Source: Podarcis pityusensis (Eukaryota). Taken from it: a stretch of DNA of 64,000 bases. Positions 1 to 11,350 of the stretch are shown in pieces. Both the position numbers and the translations under genes were made by a program. The number at the start of each line of letters is the position of its first letter. Within the stretch, counting starts at the first letter, position 1. The notes under the pieces are model-generated. The model ran no database searches and was not told the origin of the DNA. It saw only the letters and a list, made by a program, of their open reading frames with translations. The stretch lies in assembly GCA_964106645.2 (NCBI GenBank), contig OZ067043.1; one strand, written 5' to 3'.

Positions 1-788
1 TCCTGTTTGTTAGGAATGCTGTTCATTTAGGGGCCATGGAGTCTTCCGTTGCATCACTAATGTTTACTGGGATATCTCGTATTTGATTTCTCTCTCTCCC
101 ACCCACATTTTTTGCCAATGGTTAGTTGTTGAAACTTGGGAGGGGAAACTTCTCTCTTTGTAAGGAAGCTGGCTATATGTATATATGCTGCATATACACT
201 ACAATAACAAAGAAATGCCAACTATTCCATCGGATCCTTGACTTAGAAGGTAGCACTTTTTCAGCAACTTGCCCTGATGCAGCTTCAAGTAATCCGTAGG
301 TACAGAAACCTGCCTTGAAGGACTATGGTTTGCAGTTGCAGCATTATTCCCAAACCCCAGGGAACTACGCTGCATTTCCAGGAATGAGGTTTTGGTTCCT
401 AGCTGTTCAGGCCTAACACCAGCAGGCAAAGTGTTCTGCCAGACTTCAAGGAAAGTTGAAGTCCCACTTCCAGGGGTCAATTAATGGAACTTTAAAAAAC
501 AAAACAAAACAGACATTCACATTTTAAAGCCCAAAATGGCTCAATCACTGCATGAGAAATTGGACTGATCCCAAATTTTTTCATCATAGAGTGACAGTAG
601 CAGCATTGAGATTCAAATCTCTATCCAGTCTATAAATCCTTTAACAGAATGCCTACACAAAAGTTTCCAGTACAGAATGTCTCAGTGTCTTCCAAGCCCA
701 GAGAGTGTTTATGATGTTTATGTTTATCCTGTGTAAGAAATGAGACTTTTTCCTTCCTGCCTGAACAATACCATCCATAGCTGTTGGG

Positions 789-807
789 GAGAGAGAGAGA
801 GAGAGAG
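789..807. repeat. (GA)n microsatellite
   Basis: Direct observation. Confidence 0.9.
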
Positions 808-1156
808 CGCCATCTCAGCTCATTTTCACTATTTCATTTTTAATCTGGCCGGCAGGTCTCTTCCACTGATGCAGAGACTGTTGGATCCATGATGTTGTTG
901 ATAACAAAGCCCTAGGTTGGGACACTGATCATGGTTTTAAGCTCAGGTGCTAGGTCATCCTCTGGGCATGATTATTTTCTGAGAAAAGCCTATTTTAACA
1001 CATTCAGCCTGATTACACAAGGCCTAAATATGCCCCCAAGGTCCCCTGCATCTGCTCCCCAATCCTGACCTTCTCATATTGAACGGGTTGGTCTGAAGGA
1101 GCTTGCTAAGTATGTTCTCTTAGAAGCCTCATCACTATCAGAAACCCTGATAACAC

Positions 1157-2131
1157 GAAGGGGGTGAGAGCCCTAGGCAGAATGCCCCCGTGTGGACATC
1201 GGCTCTTCTGGACGCTGTCTCTGATCGCGCACTAGTTGCAGCAATTTGGAATAATTAATTACAAAAGAAGCAAATGCATATATTTCAAGTGAAGGGGAGT
1301 GAAGTCTGCTAATTTAAGTGACCTCTGCGAAAGAAGACGACGGGCTGGAGAAACAGGAATATTTTACGATGAAGATACACCAAAGGTGGGGTATGTTGAC
1401 AACGGGGCTGAATGGGGGGGAGACATTTTTTTACTTTCCTTCTATGTGATTTACAAGAACCCCTCCTCATTAGAACCGTCGGTTGAACTGACCCAAGCAG
1501 GATGATTAAGGTCTGTGTGGAGATAAACTTTAACCAAAAGTATGCTTTATGGAGACCGAGAAGCAATAAGAGCTTTTGGGAATGGCGGGCGCAGCAATTA
1601 ATTCGGAGTCGCCATCTTGCCAAAGGATTTATAGCCGGGAGGAAGAACGGATTTGTTTTCAGACTGCATTCCTAGTGAATCTCCTCAGAGGTTTTGAGAA
1701 AGGAGGCAGATTGGTGAAGATTAATAACGCTAAGACTGTTTTGATGTATGGAAGTGATGTTATATGGAAAACGTCTGGATATGGCTACTGGATAAAAAAA
1801 AAAATATCCACGCAGGATTACAAACTGTTCTAACCAGCTTGCGGAGATTATCAGAGGTCACAAAGAGAAAGGAAAAATATATGAAAATAACAACAAGAGA
1901 TGTGGAAAAATAATAAGAAAGGACTGGATAGTACTGTGAACATCATAAGGTTAGATTTGTGGACATTAAAACAGCAGTAAGAAGCAAGAAGTTGATTGGA
2001 TCCCTTCGGAACTTGAAATATGGATACCCCCAACAAAAATTTAAAATTCGGCTGTGTAACTTGGAATTTATGTAATTTGGTTTGATTTGATGTGATTGGT
2101 CGGTTAATAAAAAATTATTCTTAAGAAAAAA
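1157..2131 (+). mobile_element. Non-coding retroposed element (probably L1-mobilised) with A-rich tail and 17-bp TSD
   Basis: AGAAACCCTGATAACAC at 1140-1156 and again at 2132-2148. 3' end is AATAAAAAATTATTCTTAAGAAAAAA. No long ORF. Confidence 0.8.
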
Positions 2132-5054
2132 AGAAACCCTGATAACACAGTATCCCATTTTTCCTTCTGTCTTCAAATCTTGTCTGCCTGGTTTCAAACA
2201 ATGCATCAGTCATCTTTAGACCACTCTTATCCACACAAACAAAACTTTGCCTTCCATCCTCACAGCCTTTTGTCATGGACATCAAAAGGCATCAACCTGA
2301 AGGAGTATCCTAATCCAAGAGCAGGAACCATCTGGCCAAGAGTTTTCTGTAATCCACTCTTGTAATGAAGGTCAAGGGGTCCAGCTGGACTCCCTCAGTG
2401 TCAATCTTCTCATCGGTTATGCTTCTGGAATATGTTTAGAAACCTTCCAGCACTGAAACAGCAGCCTCCCCTACCCCCAACCCCTTTGCATGGTGATAGC
2501 CTGAATATGTAAGGGGAAAACGTAAGATTTGTTTTCTGGAGCCAGTTCAAGACTCCTGTTACAGTCTCCACACAGTCTGCAACTCTGTTGGTTCAGTAGA
2601 GTATTTCAGTCTGGTAGCTCTCAGACATGCTTTTCCTACTGATGCGACTCTACTGGTGGAACAGTGGAGCAAATATCCTTTGCATGGTTCTTGCTTTCTT
2701 GCTGCAACCCGAAGTTCTAATTTGCAATCCTTAGTCCATTCATAGCCAGAGAACGGCTGGGAGAGAAACAGGAGATAGTGTGCAAACGAGAAATTTCAAT
2801 TCCCTAGTATATTTTAACGCCTTGAAAATTAACAAATAAAGACATTACAAGGTCCCTTGTTTGAGCTAAATATGTTTAGTTTTGGAGATATATAACCTTC
2901 AGGATTTTGCATCACCTTTCAAGCTTATTAATATTGCAGAGACATCCTGAAGAATTCTCTTGGATGTCGTGGGTATGAGAAAGAAAATATCAGCCTTTTA
3001 AATTCATGTTATTAGCTTATTGGGCTATTTAATATCTTCCTTAAAGTGTAAAATGTTTCTAGGGACATGGGAAGAAAGGGAATGGAAAAGCATTATTAAG
3101 GGAGTAGGTTAGTCTAATGCCTTTTATCTGCCAGAGACAAGCCAGTACTGGAGATATTTATTGGTTCAGTACTTCGGCAACATGGTATTAATTGCCTCTG
3201 AGTGTTTTGATAGGTAGTTAGCACAAGGGTATTAATGAAAATAGCACCACTTCATTTTAAAATTAACTACTTGGCCATTCAGCAACATGAGCTGATAAAT
3301 TATGGCAATAAATTTGAAATGGAGATTTATGTAATCATAACTCAAATTCTGCTCAATAGGCACACTAAGATGAGGCTGCATGATAACTTCAGTGCAATCT
3401 TCCTTCTCACTTACTTAGAACAAAAGCCATATTTTTAAGGATTCCTTCACACTAGGCTTCTCCCTAAGCACTCGCCCTTCTCTTCCCAGCTCCCCTTTGC
3501 TTTAGCCAAGTTGCTACCCCCAAGACAAACTTGGCTGCAATTATGCTTTGGCGTAATTGCAAATATGGACCCTATAGTCCATATTCTTTATTTTGCATTT
3601 TGTCATATATTTTTAGGGAGCAGTGAATCTTGTTAATTTAGGTCTCTCTCCTTTTCTAACTTTTCTGGTCTAAAGTTATTCACATTCCTCCACCCCAGTT
3701 TGCAATTATTATTATTATTAATAATAATAATATTAAGCAAATTTCTCATACTTGTCAGCAATTTTCCCTACTGTGCACATTTGTTGCAGAGCGGTTATCC
3801 CCAATATAATGTCTTGATGCTAACTATTCTTCTAACTCCAACCCCACTCCGATAAGGACCAAGGTGGCCAGCTAGGAAAGGAGACAGGAATCCTGGACCT
3901 TTAACAGTTGTGTAGAAGTGGGGCTTTCAGCAGGCTTAGCTCCACACAGCCATAAAGTCAAAGCACCTGTTTACTCACAAGTGAGACAGGTACTAACTAT
4001 CCATGTCATCGTACTCCTGTGAAAAAAGATGGGAGGGGTGAGAGTTAAATATAGAACACCCTAAAGTTAGGGCCTAAACCTTCAAATAGGGATATTTGTT
4101 TCATTGCACAGAAGTCACACCAGCCAAGCCTTTAAAGGCCTTCATGAATAAGTTCCCTTAATCAGCCTTTTTTTCTGACCAGTGATTCATCTCCGGAAAG
4201 AAATGAATGACAGCTAACAGCCTTAGGCAGCAAAGAAATTGAAAAAGTGGCCCTATAAATGTATTTCTTATTATAGCACCTGCCCACATATTGCATTATT
4301 GTGACCTACTGGAAAGAAAGGTACTCTTTCAGTGACCCTGTTACGTGGGGCTTAATCCACCTAATGTTTCCCCACTTGTTGCAGAAATGCAAGTCAAGCT
4401 GACATGCTAGCTAACAGACAAGGTGCAGGACTTTTTGCAGGGATGCATTCTTACTGCACGTTACAGTAAACTAGTGTAAGCTATGAACTGCCAGATAATG
4501 AACAGTGGCCGTATTTGCAAAAAGTCCATGTGGATTCGTCCCTGCTCCTCCAACAAACTAGTATTTCTAGAGGACAGATGAAATTTAAGACAGAAGTAGC
4601 CAATGTGCTCTCTCCAAATGTCATGCATGGAAGGGCGGGGGAAGAGAAAGAAGCTGATGATAATCCTAAACACACTTACGGGGGGGGGGTCCCATTGAAA
4701 CAGAGTAAACACGCATCAGGTTTCCCTGACAGTGACAGGTACTAGTCAGTGCTACTTTAGGAAACTCAGGAAACTTGTAAGTAAGCAGCATTATGTTCAA
4801 ATTGGCTACATTCATATGTGCTTGGCTTTCTCTTCTTGGTTAGATAAACCTTATTCTGTAAATATTTGAACTGGAATGAAGTTGCATCTGGGGACTAAAT
4901 TAACTTTGGGGACACTATACAATATGTACTCCTTGGTTTCTCTCACTTCATAATTTAGGGAACATCTCATGTACAAACCTAGGCAGGTTCCATAATTTCC
5001 ACGTGACAAGAAGTGGGATTACATGTAAACGTAATACTACTAATAATAATAATA

Positions 5055-5438
5055 GGGATGCGGGTGGCGCTGTGGTGTAAACCACTGAGCTTTTTGGGCT
5101 TGCTGATTGGAAGGTTGGCGGTTCGAATCCCTGTGACAGAGTGAGCTCCCGTTGCTCTGTCCCAGCTCCTGCCAACCTAGCAGTTCGAAAGTATGTCAGT
5201 GCAAGTAGATAAATACGTACCGCTGCTGCGGGAAGCTAAACGGCGTTTCCGTGCACTCTGGCACTCGTCACAGTCCTCTGTGCACCAATAGCAGTTTAGT
5301 CATGCTGGCCACATGACCTGGAAAGCTGTCTGTGGACAAATGTCGGCTCCCTTGGCTTGAAAGCAAGATGAGCACCACAACCCCATAGTCACCTTTGACT
5401 GGACTTAACCGTCCAGGGGTCCTTTACCTTTTACCTTT
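5055..5438 (+). mobile_element. Sauria SINE (Squam1-type), full length
   Basis: tRNA-like head with A box (TGGCGCTGTGG) and B box (GGTTCGAATCC), characteristic body, (ACCTTT)n tail. Homologous to the copy at 21941-22320. Confidence 0.92.
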
Positions 5439-5601
5439 GACTACTACTACTAATTTATTATTGCAAGAGGCCAGAGTGGCTTACAACAATAAAAAGATCC
5501 AACGCTAAAAACAAAAGTAACACCTCACTACGTAATAAAATACAATTAAAATGCACAATGATAGACGACAATGTGAATGTGACTGCATGCACTATGTCCT
5601 G

Positions 5602-5850
5602 AATAATAATAATAACAATAATTTATTATTTTTACCCCGCCCATCTGGATGAGTTTCCCCAGCCACTCGGGGGGGGGCTCCCAATCGAAGGCCTGCAAAA
5701 GTAGATATGCTTCCAGATGCCATCTAAATGTGAACGAAGTGGGGATAAATAGATCTCTACAGGAAGGAAATTCCATTGTTGGTGTCCCACCACAGAGAAG
5801 GTCCTGTTTCATGTGATAGCTCCATGAACTGTACTCACCAGGGATGATCT
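5602..5850 (-). mobile_element. L2 LINE 3' fragment with (TAT)n tail
   Basis: Same 3' end (ccccgcccatctgg...tttccccagccactc) as the L2 at 50975-51270. The - strand translation FTFRWHLEAYLLLQAF resembles an L2 ORF2 C-terminus. Confidence 0.75.
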
Positions 5851-5851
5851 G

Positions 5852-6607
5852 AGTGGCGAGTTTCCGCCCCCCCCCCCCAGTGGAAATAAAGACACATGGC
5901 ACAATTATTAAGGTTAATGGTCTAAATAAGGCCACAACTTTATTGGTTACAGGTGATGAGTGGTATTGGCTTAGGCATTGGTCCTAACTGACTATATCAG
6001 ACTTCAGCCCGTCCGCTTGAAGTCCGGGAAGGGTTAACCACCAGTAGGGGGAGTCCTGCTGATGCACATCAACTAGGAACTCCCCCGGGGTCACCGCTCG
6101 GGGGCGTGCCTTAGGCCCTCACCTCCATAGGCTTCGGACAGGGCCACGCCCCCCGGAATCCTTTATTGGACTACCCTTCAATATGCGGAGCAGGTGATGG
6201 CACTTCCTCTCCTCTTCCAACTATACCAATGCCTAACTGCCAATACCAGGAAAGTTGTGACAATTTGCTACGAGGTAGGCGAAAACCAAGTGGCTGGTGC
6301 CAATTTGCCAAGTGGACAAATTCCTACCAGGCCCCTCAACGGCAACCAACCAAGATCCATAGCAAGGTCAGGGAACGAAAACCTTATAGGGCAGGAGGGT
6401 GACAAAAGCAGGAGGGGAAAGAGGGAAATCCCCGGCCGCGTCCTGCCTTAAGTAGGGGAGGCCACGCCCCCAGAGCCAGCCGATTGGCTGGCCAGGGAAT
6501 AACGTGGCCGGGAATCCCCCCAATCACGCGGGGCTGGGCTCCAGCCGCCCCGCGCGTGGTGGGGTTGTGAAGCCCACAACTCCACCTCCTTCAAGGGCGG
6601 AAGTGGC
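5852..6607 (-). mobile_element. CpG-rich solo terminal repeat, DIRS/Ngaro-like (family assignment tentative)
   Basis: Read on the - strand: GC boxes, CCAAT, TATA-like CTACTTAAGG, then AATAAAGTTGTGGCC (5944-5930). AGTGGC at both edges. No TG...CA termini. Confidence 0.55.
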
Positions 6608-6954
6608 TCTCTAGACTTTGGAGAGACTCCATAAATTTTACCTAATTTGTTAGTCTCTTTTCTGTACCCCAGTCTCACCTGATGACTCCTCTGCTGGTGG
6701 ATGCTTACAATGCAGAGCATTGACCCGTACATATTGTGTTAAAATGAAATGTTCTTAAAACATCTTTTATTTTATTAATTTGGATTTACATATTTTATTA
6801 TATCATTCCTAATAAGTTCACAAATCCATGTGATTTGTGTTTTGAAATTATCATTTTGAATAGAGTGCGTGTATTCTTTTGAAAAGCCAATAACAATTTA
6901 TGCACACACACATACACAAACAAACAAAAGGGTTGGAAAAACAAAAACACAAAC

Positions 6955-7330
6955 AATAAGGTTGGCCATTCCTTTAGAAACTTGAGTGCTAAACTATTCA
7001 GAGTTTTGTATGCTAGTACCATCATCTTAAACATCACCTTAAACTGGACCTGGCATCTGTGCTTTCAAGTTCAGTGTATCATGAACCTACCTTACTGTTG
7101 CAGATAGCAAGCAGATAGCGGCATTCTGCACTGGCTGCAGCTTCTGGAGCATCTTCATGGGCAATCCCACATAGAGCACATTGCAGTACTCCAGCCAGGA
7201 AGCTGTCAGAGAATGGGTTACTGTAGCTAGGCTATCTTGGTCCAAAATTGGCTGTACATGTCAAATGAACTGGAGCTGGGCATAGGCCTTCTGTGTCACT
7301 GAGTCAACTTGGGCCTCCTGTTACAGTTTG
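6955..7330 (-). mobile_element. Degraded L2 LINE ORF2 fragment
   Basis: - strand peptide FKMMVLAYKTLNSL and upstream remnants resembling L2 motifs (LEYCNVLYVGLPMK..KLQ). Confidence 0.7.
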
Positions 7331-9489
7331 AATACCCGCCCTGTTGCCCCACCCAAACTTGGTGAGCAAAAAGTTCTAGCAAAATAAAGACCGCTACCTG
7401 TCAGGGGGGGGATTTCTTCTTGCCAAGAATAGTTCCCTTGGCTTTGTTCAGCAGTGCGAAGATGTAAAAAGCCAGAGAATATCAGGAGCATCTGGGCTTT
7501 TGTACTACAGCAAATTGCTGTTGCAATTATCTGGCAATCTGGGTTTTTAGGTTTTGAAACTGTTTTAACTGTAATTGGAGAAATCCTAAATTACAAATGG
7601 ACAAATAATCACAGGAATCGTCTTCATCCACTTTCCAAAACAACAGATCTCTGAAGAAAATATCAAATAAGTAGAAGCCCCTGACAACAGTCAAGCCAAT
7701 TTGGTACTCTCTTAACTTTTGACACTTTACAAAGTCAAATAATCAAAAGGTGAAAGCAGAAGGTAAATGAAATAACTGGGAGGGAGAATCAATCACAGTT
7801 CACCATTATTTATTTCCTTTGTGTGTATATTTAATTAAAATGGTTAAATTCCAATAGTAATATTCTTAATGCATAATTAAACCAAGAAGGGAAGCTTCCC
7901 AAGGCCAATAGCCAGGGATCTCTCTCCCATGTACTCCTTTTTCTCACAGGAGAAAAAAGGGGGCTTGAATAACAATGAGAGATGTGATCTTGCTGAGTGG
8001 CACAAAGAGCTACAGAACTCAGTGTAAATAATTCACCATTTCATTCAATATTGTGTTTGATTTCATCTGCCCAGCTGCCAATCTGGTTTTGATAAACTCT
8101 AGGTATCCTTAGCCTTAAGTGTGCTTACTGTACATTAAAAGAGATTGGTTTGGGGTAGATTTGCATGTCAGCTATACGGGGGGAAATGATATGAAGTATT
8201 TTCAATAGGCAGCCTTGATTTGTGTGATTCTCACCCCCCCACACACACACCCCAGATGCTAAATATGGTGTTCCTGGGCAGGGGGGGGATTTCTCTTTCA
8301 AAAAATGGCATATTTTGGTTACTGAATGAAGTATACGAGAGTTTTATGTGAAAGTCAGCTAAATATTGTATTTATTTATAAACATGACAAATTTAATAGG
8401 GTAGGACCTGTATTTGAATTATTGATTGTGAAATATGTAAGCACAGAGTAACCATCCATCAGTATATGCAGGAGGGCTGAGGACAGATTTATGATGTTTG
8501 AGTTTTTCTGCTTTAGCTGGCACTTGGTGTTTCTATTAATTATAGCTCCATGCATTAGTTTCTGCAGAACTTGTTACAAATGGTTATAAAAGATGTCTCT
8601 ATCATAGCATTTAAATATTGTTTGTGCAACTGAAACATGTTTTCTATGGAGGATTAATACACTGCTTGATTTAGGGAGCAAATTAAACTTGGTGGTGTAA
8701 TTTACAATGGACAAAAGCTTTCTCTGCAAGGTGTCAATGTTCATTTGGATGTGAGTAATACCACCCTGATTCCAGTGTTCAGTATCATCATTGCTACATA
8801 CTTTGCACTAAAAAAAAATTGAAAAACTGATTCTCACTTCTGCAGCCCAAATCATTTATGGCAATTTACATATGCAATGTTTCTGTTCCTGTTTAATTAT
8901 GAAGATGGGTAAATAAGTATGCAGGACAGTAAAAGGATGACCTTTAGAAACCTTGCTTAGGTTTCCCTCTGATTTCTGAGAGATCTATAGGGTTACAAGC
9001 CTATTTTCACAGCTTTTTGGACTATAAACTTGCTATTTAAAAGGATGAAGCAGAGGCTATGAAGATACTAAGTTTTGCAACTAGTACACAATTCTGCACA
9101 AAGGATTGCAAGATAATGGAATCCACACACCCTGGCTATGATATGATTTATTTACTTATTGAAAGGTTTATAATCCACACTTGCATAAAAGCATATCAAG
9201 GCAGCATGCAGCTTTCAAAATATAACAAAATAAAAGCATTCATGAAAACTTGATTTAAAATGCTAGTAAATACTGTTTGGTTAATAGAGAAATTAATATT
9301 GCAAAGGCCTGTCTAAACAATGCAGTTTTCAATTCTCAACCTGGCCAACTGCTGATGACAGTCCTGATGAAACAATTTTGGAGGGAAGTTCAAATCTGAA
9401 TTAGTTTGGGCCTGGGGAGGTGCGCAGAGTGTGCCCATTCAGTGTTAGGACATGGACCTACTAAATGGTGGTTGTCTGAAGAGCAGAAG

Positions 9490-9680
9490 AGATGATTTTG
9501 TAGAGCCATGCTAACAGCAAAAAGAATAGTCCCTCAGTATTGGAAATCGCAAAACACTTCAGGTATTGAGGGTTGAATGCATGACTTTTTTCCATTGGTA
9601 GCTCATGAGAAGATCCTGTTCAGCAAAAGCATAAGGTTCCATGTCATCTGGAATAGATTTTTCAAACATAGTAGTGCCTA
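9490..9680 (+). mobile_element. Degraded L1/Tx1-type LINE ORF2 C-terminal fragment
   Basis: Translation RAMLTAKRIVPQYWKS...W, with a stop, resembles the AKxxIxxxWK motif at the end of L1 ORF2. Confidence 0.55.
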
Positions 9681-10689
9681 GAGTTTGAAGGTAGTGGCAT
9701 CTTCTTCTTTTATTTTCCCATTTGTTTGAATAGTTATTTACTTATTCACCTGGTTATTCCAGCAGCAACAGTGTCACTGCCCATGTATAAAGAATTAACA
9801 CATGGTTATTACAAAGCAATTGCAAGCAGCCTCCGTATACTTGGGACATATATTACATCAGTGGCAGCACAGGAGGGATGAGAAGGGGGCAGGGGGAGCT
9901 TGTCATTAGAGCAACTTGGAACTAAGAACTTGAACCTGAGTTTGCTTTCTTCAACCTCCCTCCCAGTCCATTTTTCTTTTCTGTCATGTATTTTTATATT
10001 GCAAGCCTGTGGGAAGGGACTGCTTTTTTAAAGAAAGTGATTTGAAGGCCACTATTGGATTCTATACGGAAAACTACTTTTTCACTGTATCAAAAAGCTT
10101 TAATGAAATATCTTAATTGCTCATCAAGTATCTATTAAAGTTCACTAACTCATGGAGACTGTAGGATACTTCCCGAAGGGTCCTGCTTTTTGGTGCCTTT
10201 TAAATTGGTTCAGAAGAAACAACAAGAGGGCAAGTGGTGACTGTTGAATGACTTTTGCCTATGTCTTATTGTTCCTGCAAATGAAAATATAGCTGAGACT
10301 TAAAGTTCTGTGAATGACATCTGAGTAGAAGCTTCAATGGAAATAAACAATGACACACATATACCCCATTTTGACCACCCTAGTGAAGCAAGAGCAGGAT
10401 GGAAATTAATCCAGCACGTTAAGAGACAATGGATAGTTTACTTTCGTTATAGTGTATGCATTATGGGTGCCTCTGGTGGGTACCAGAAAATTGGAAACAA
10501 TTTGTAATGGGGAAATCAGTCGCTAGAAGCATAGGAAGCATAGGAAAGCACATGTTTCATCTGAGCAAAAAGTGGTTAGATGCCATTTCTCATTGTTGTG
10601 GTCTTGATTACCTCTTGCTTCTGTAAACTACACAAGAGATAACAATGTTATATGTGCTAGTTATCCAATACTTTGCTGAGCCAATGCAG

Positions 10690-11350
10690 TTGTTGAAGGA
10701 CTGGTGTTATATGTGTTCCAAACCAGCTGACCTTGTTGGCAGCGACATTCTGCTCTAATTATAGTTTCTGGACACCCTTCAAAGGCAGGCCTGCATAGAA
10801 TACATTGCAGACATCTAATCTGGGGCATTAATTACAATGGCCAGGTCGTTCTTCTTAAGGAATGGGAGCAGCTGGCAAACTAGCCTACGCTTGGGGAAAG
10901 TGTTCTTGGCTAGAGTCATGACCTAAACATTGAGAGGAATCGAAGAGAATAACAGTGATCCTGAGTTTTGAGGGAGAGTGCAATCCCACCCAATACAAGA
11001 TGCACCCCTATTCCCGAATCAGCTATCCTCTCCATCAAGAGAGAAGGATCAAGGGAGGAAAGGATTATCATTCTGTTTGTCCAAATCCATCAATGACCCT
11101 AGTTACAAGTTCAGGAATTCAATTAGTTCCTTGGAATTTTATTGAAAGAGGGATCAGTATTCATGACAACAGACCTTATGCTCCTTTCCTTTTCAGCACC
11201 AGTTGTGAAGACCAGTGTACTAGATAGGGTGCTAAATGAGACAGATCACTCTGGATCTCACAGTTGATCTCCCACGTAGCCATAGACAAGCAAAGCACTA
11301 TCAAGGAGTATTCATTCAGCCATGGCTCAGCACTTCGTAACCACAATGGA
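10690..11350 (-). mobile_element. Highly degraded L2 LINE fragments
   Basis: Remnants of the LDYCNxLYAGLPLK/LQL and RT-region nucleotide patterns also seen in the other L2 copies. Confidence 0.5.
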
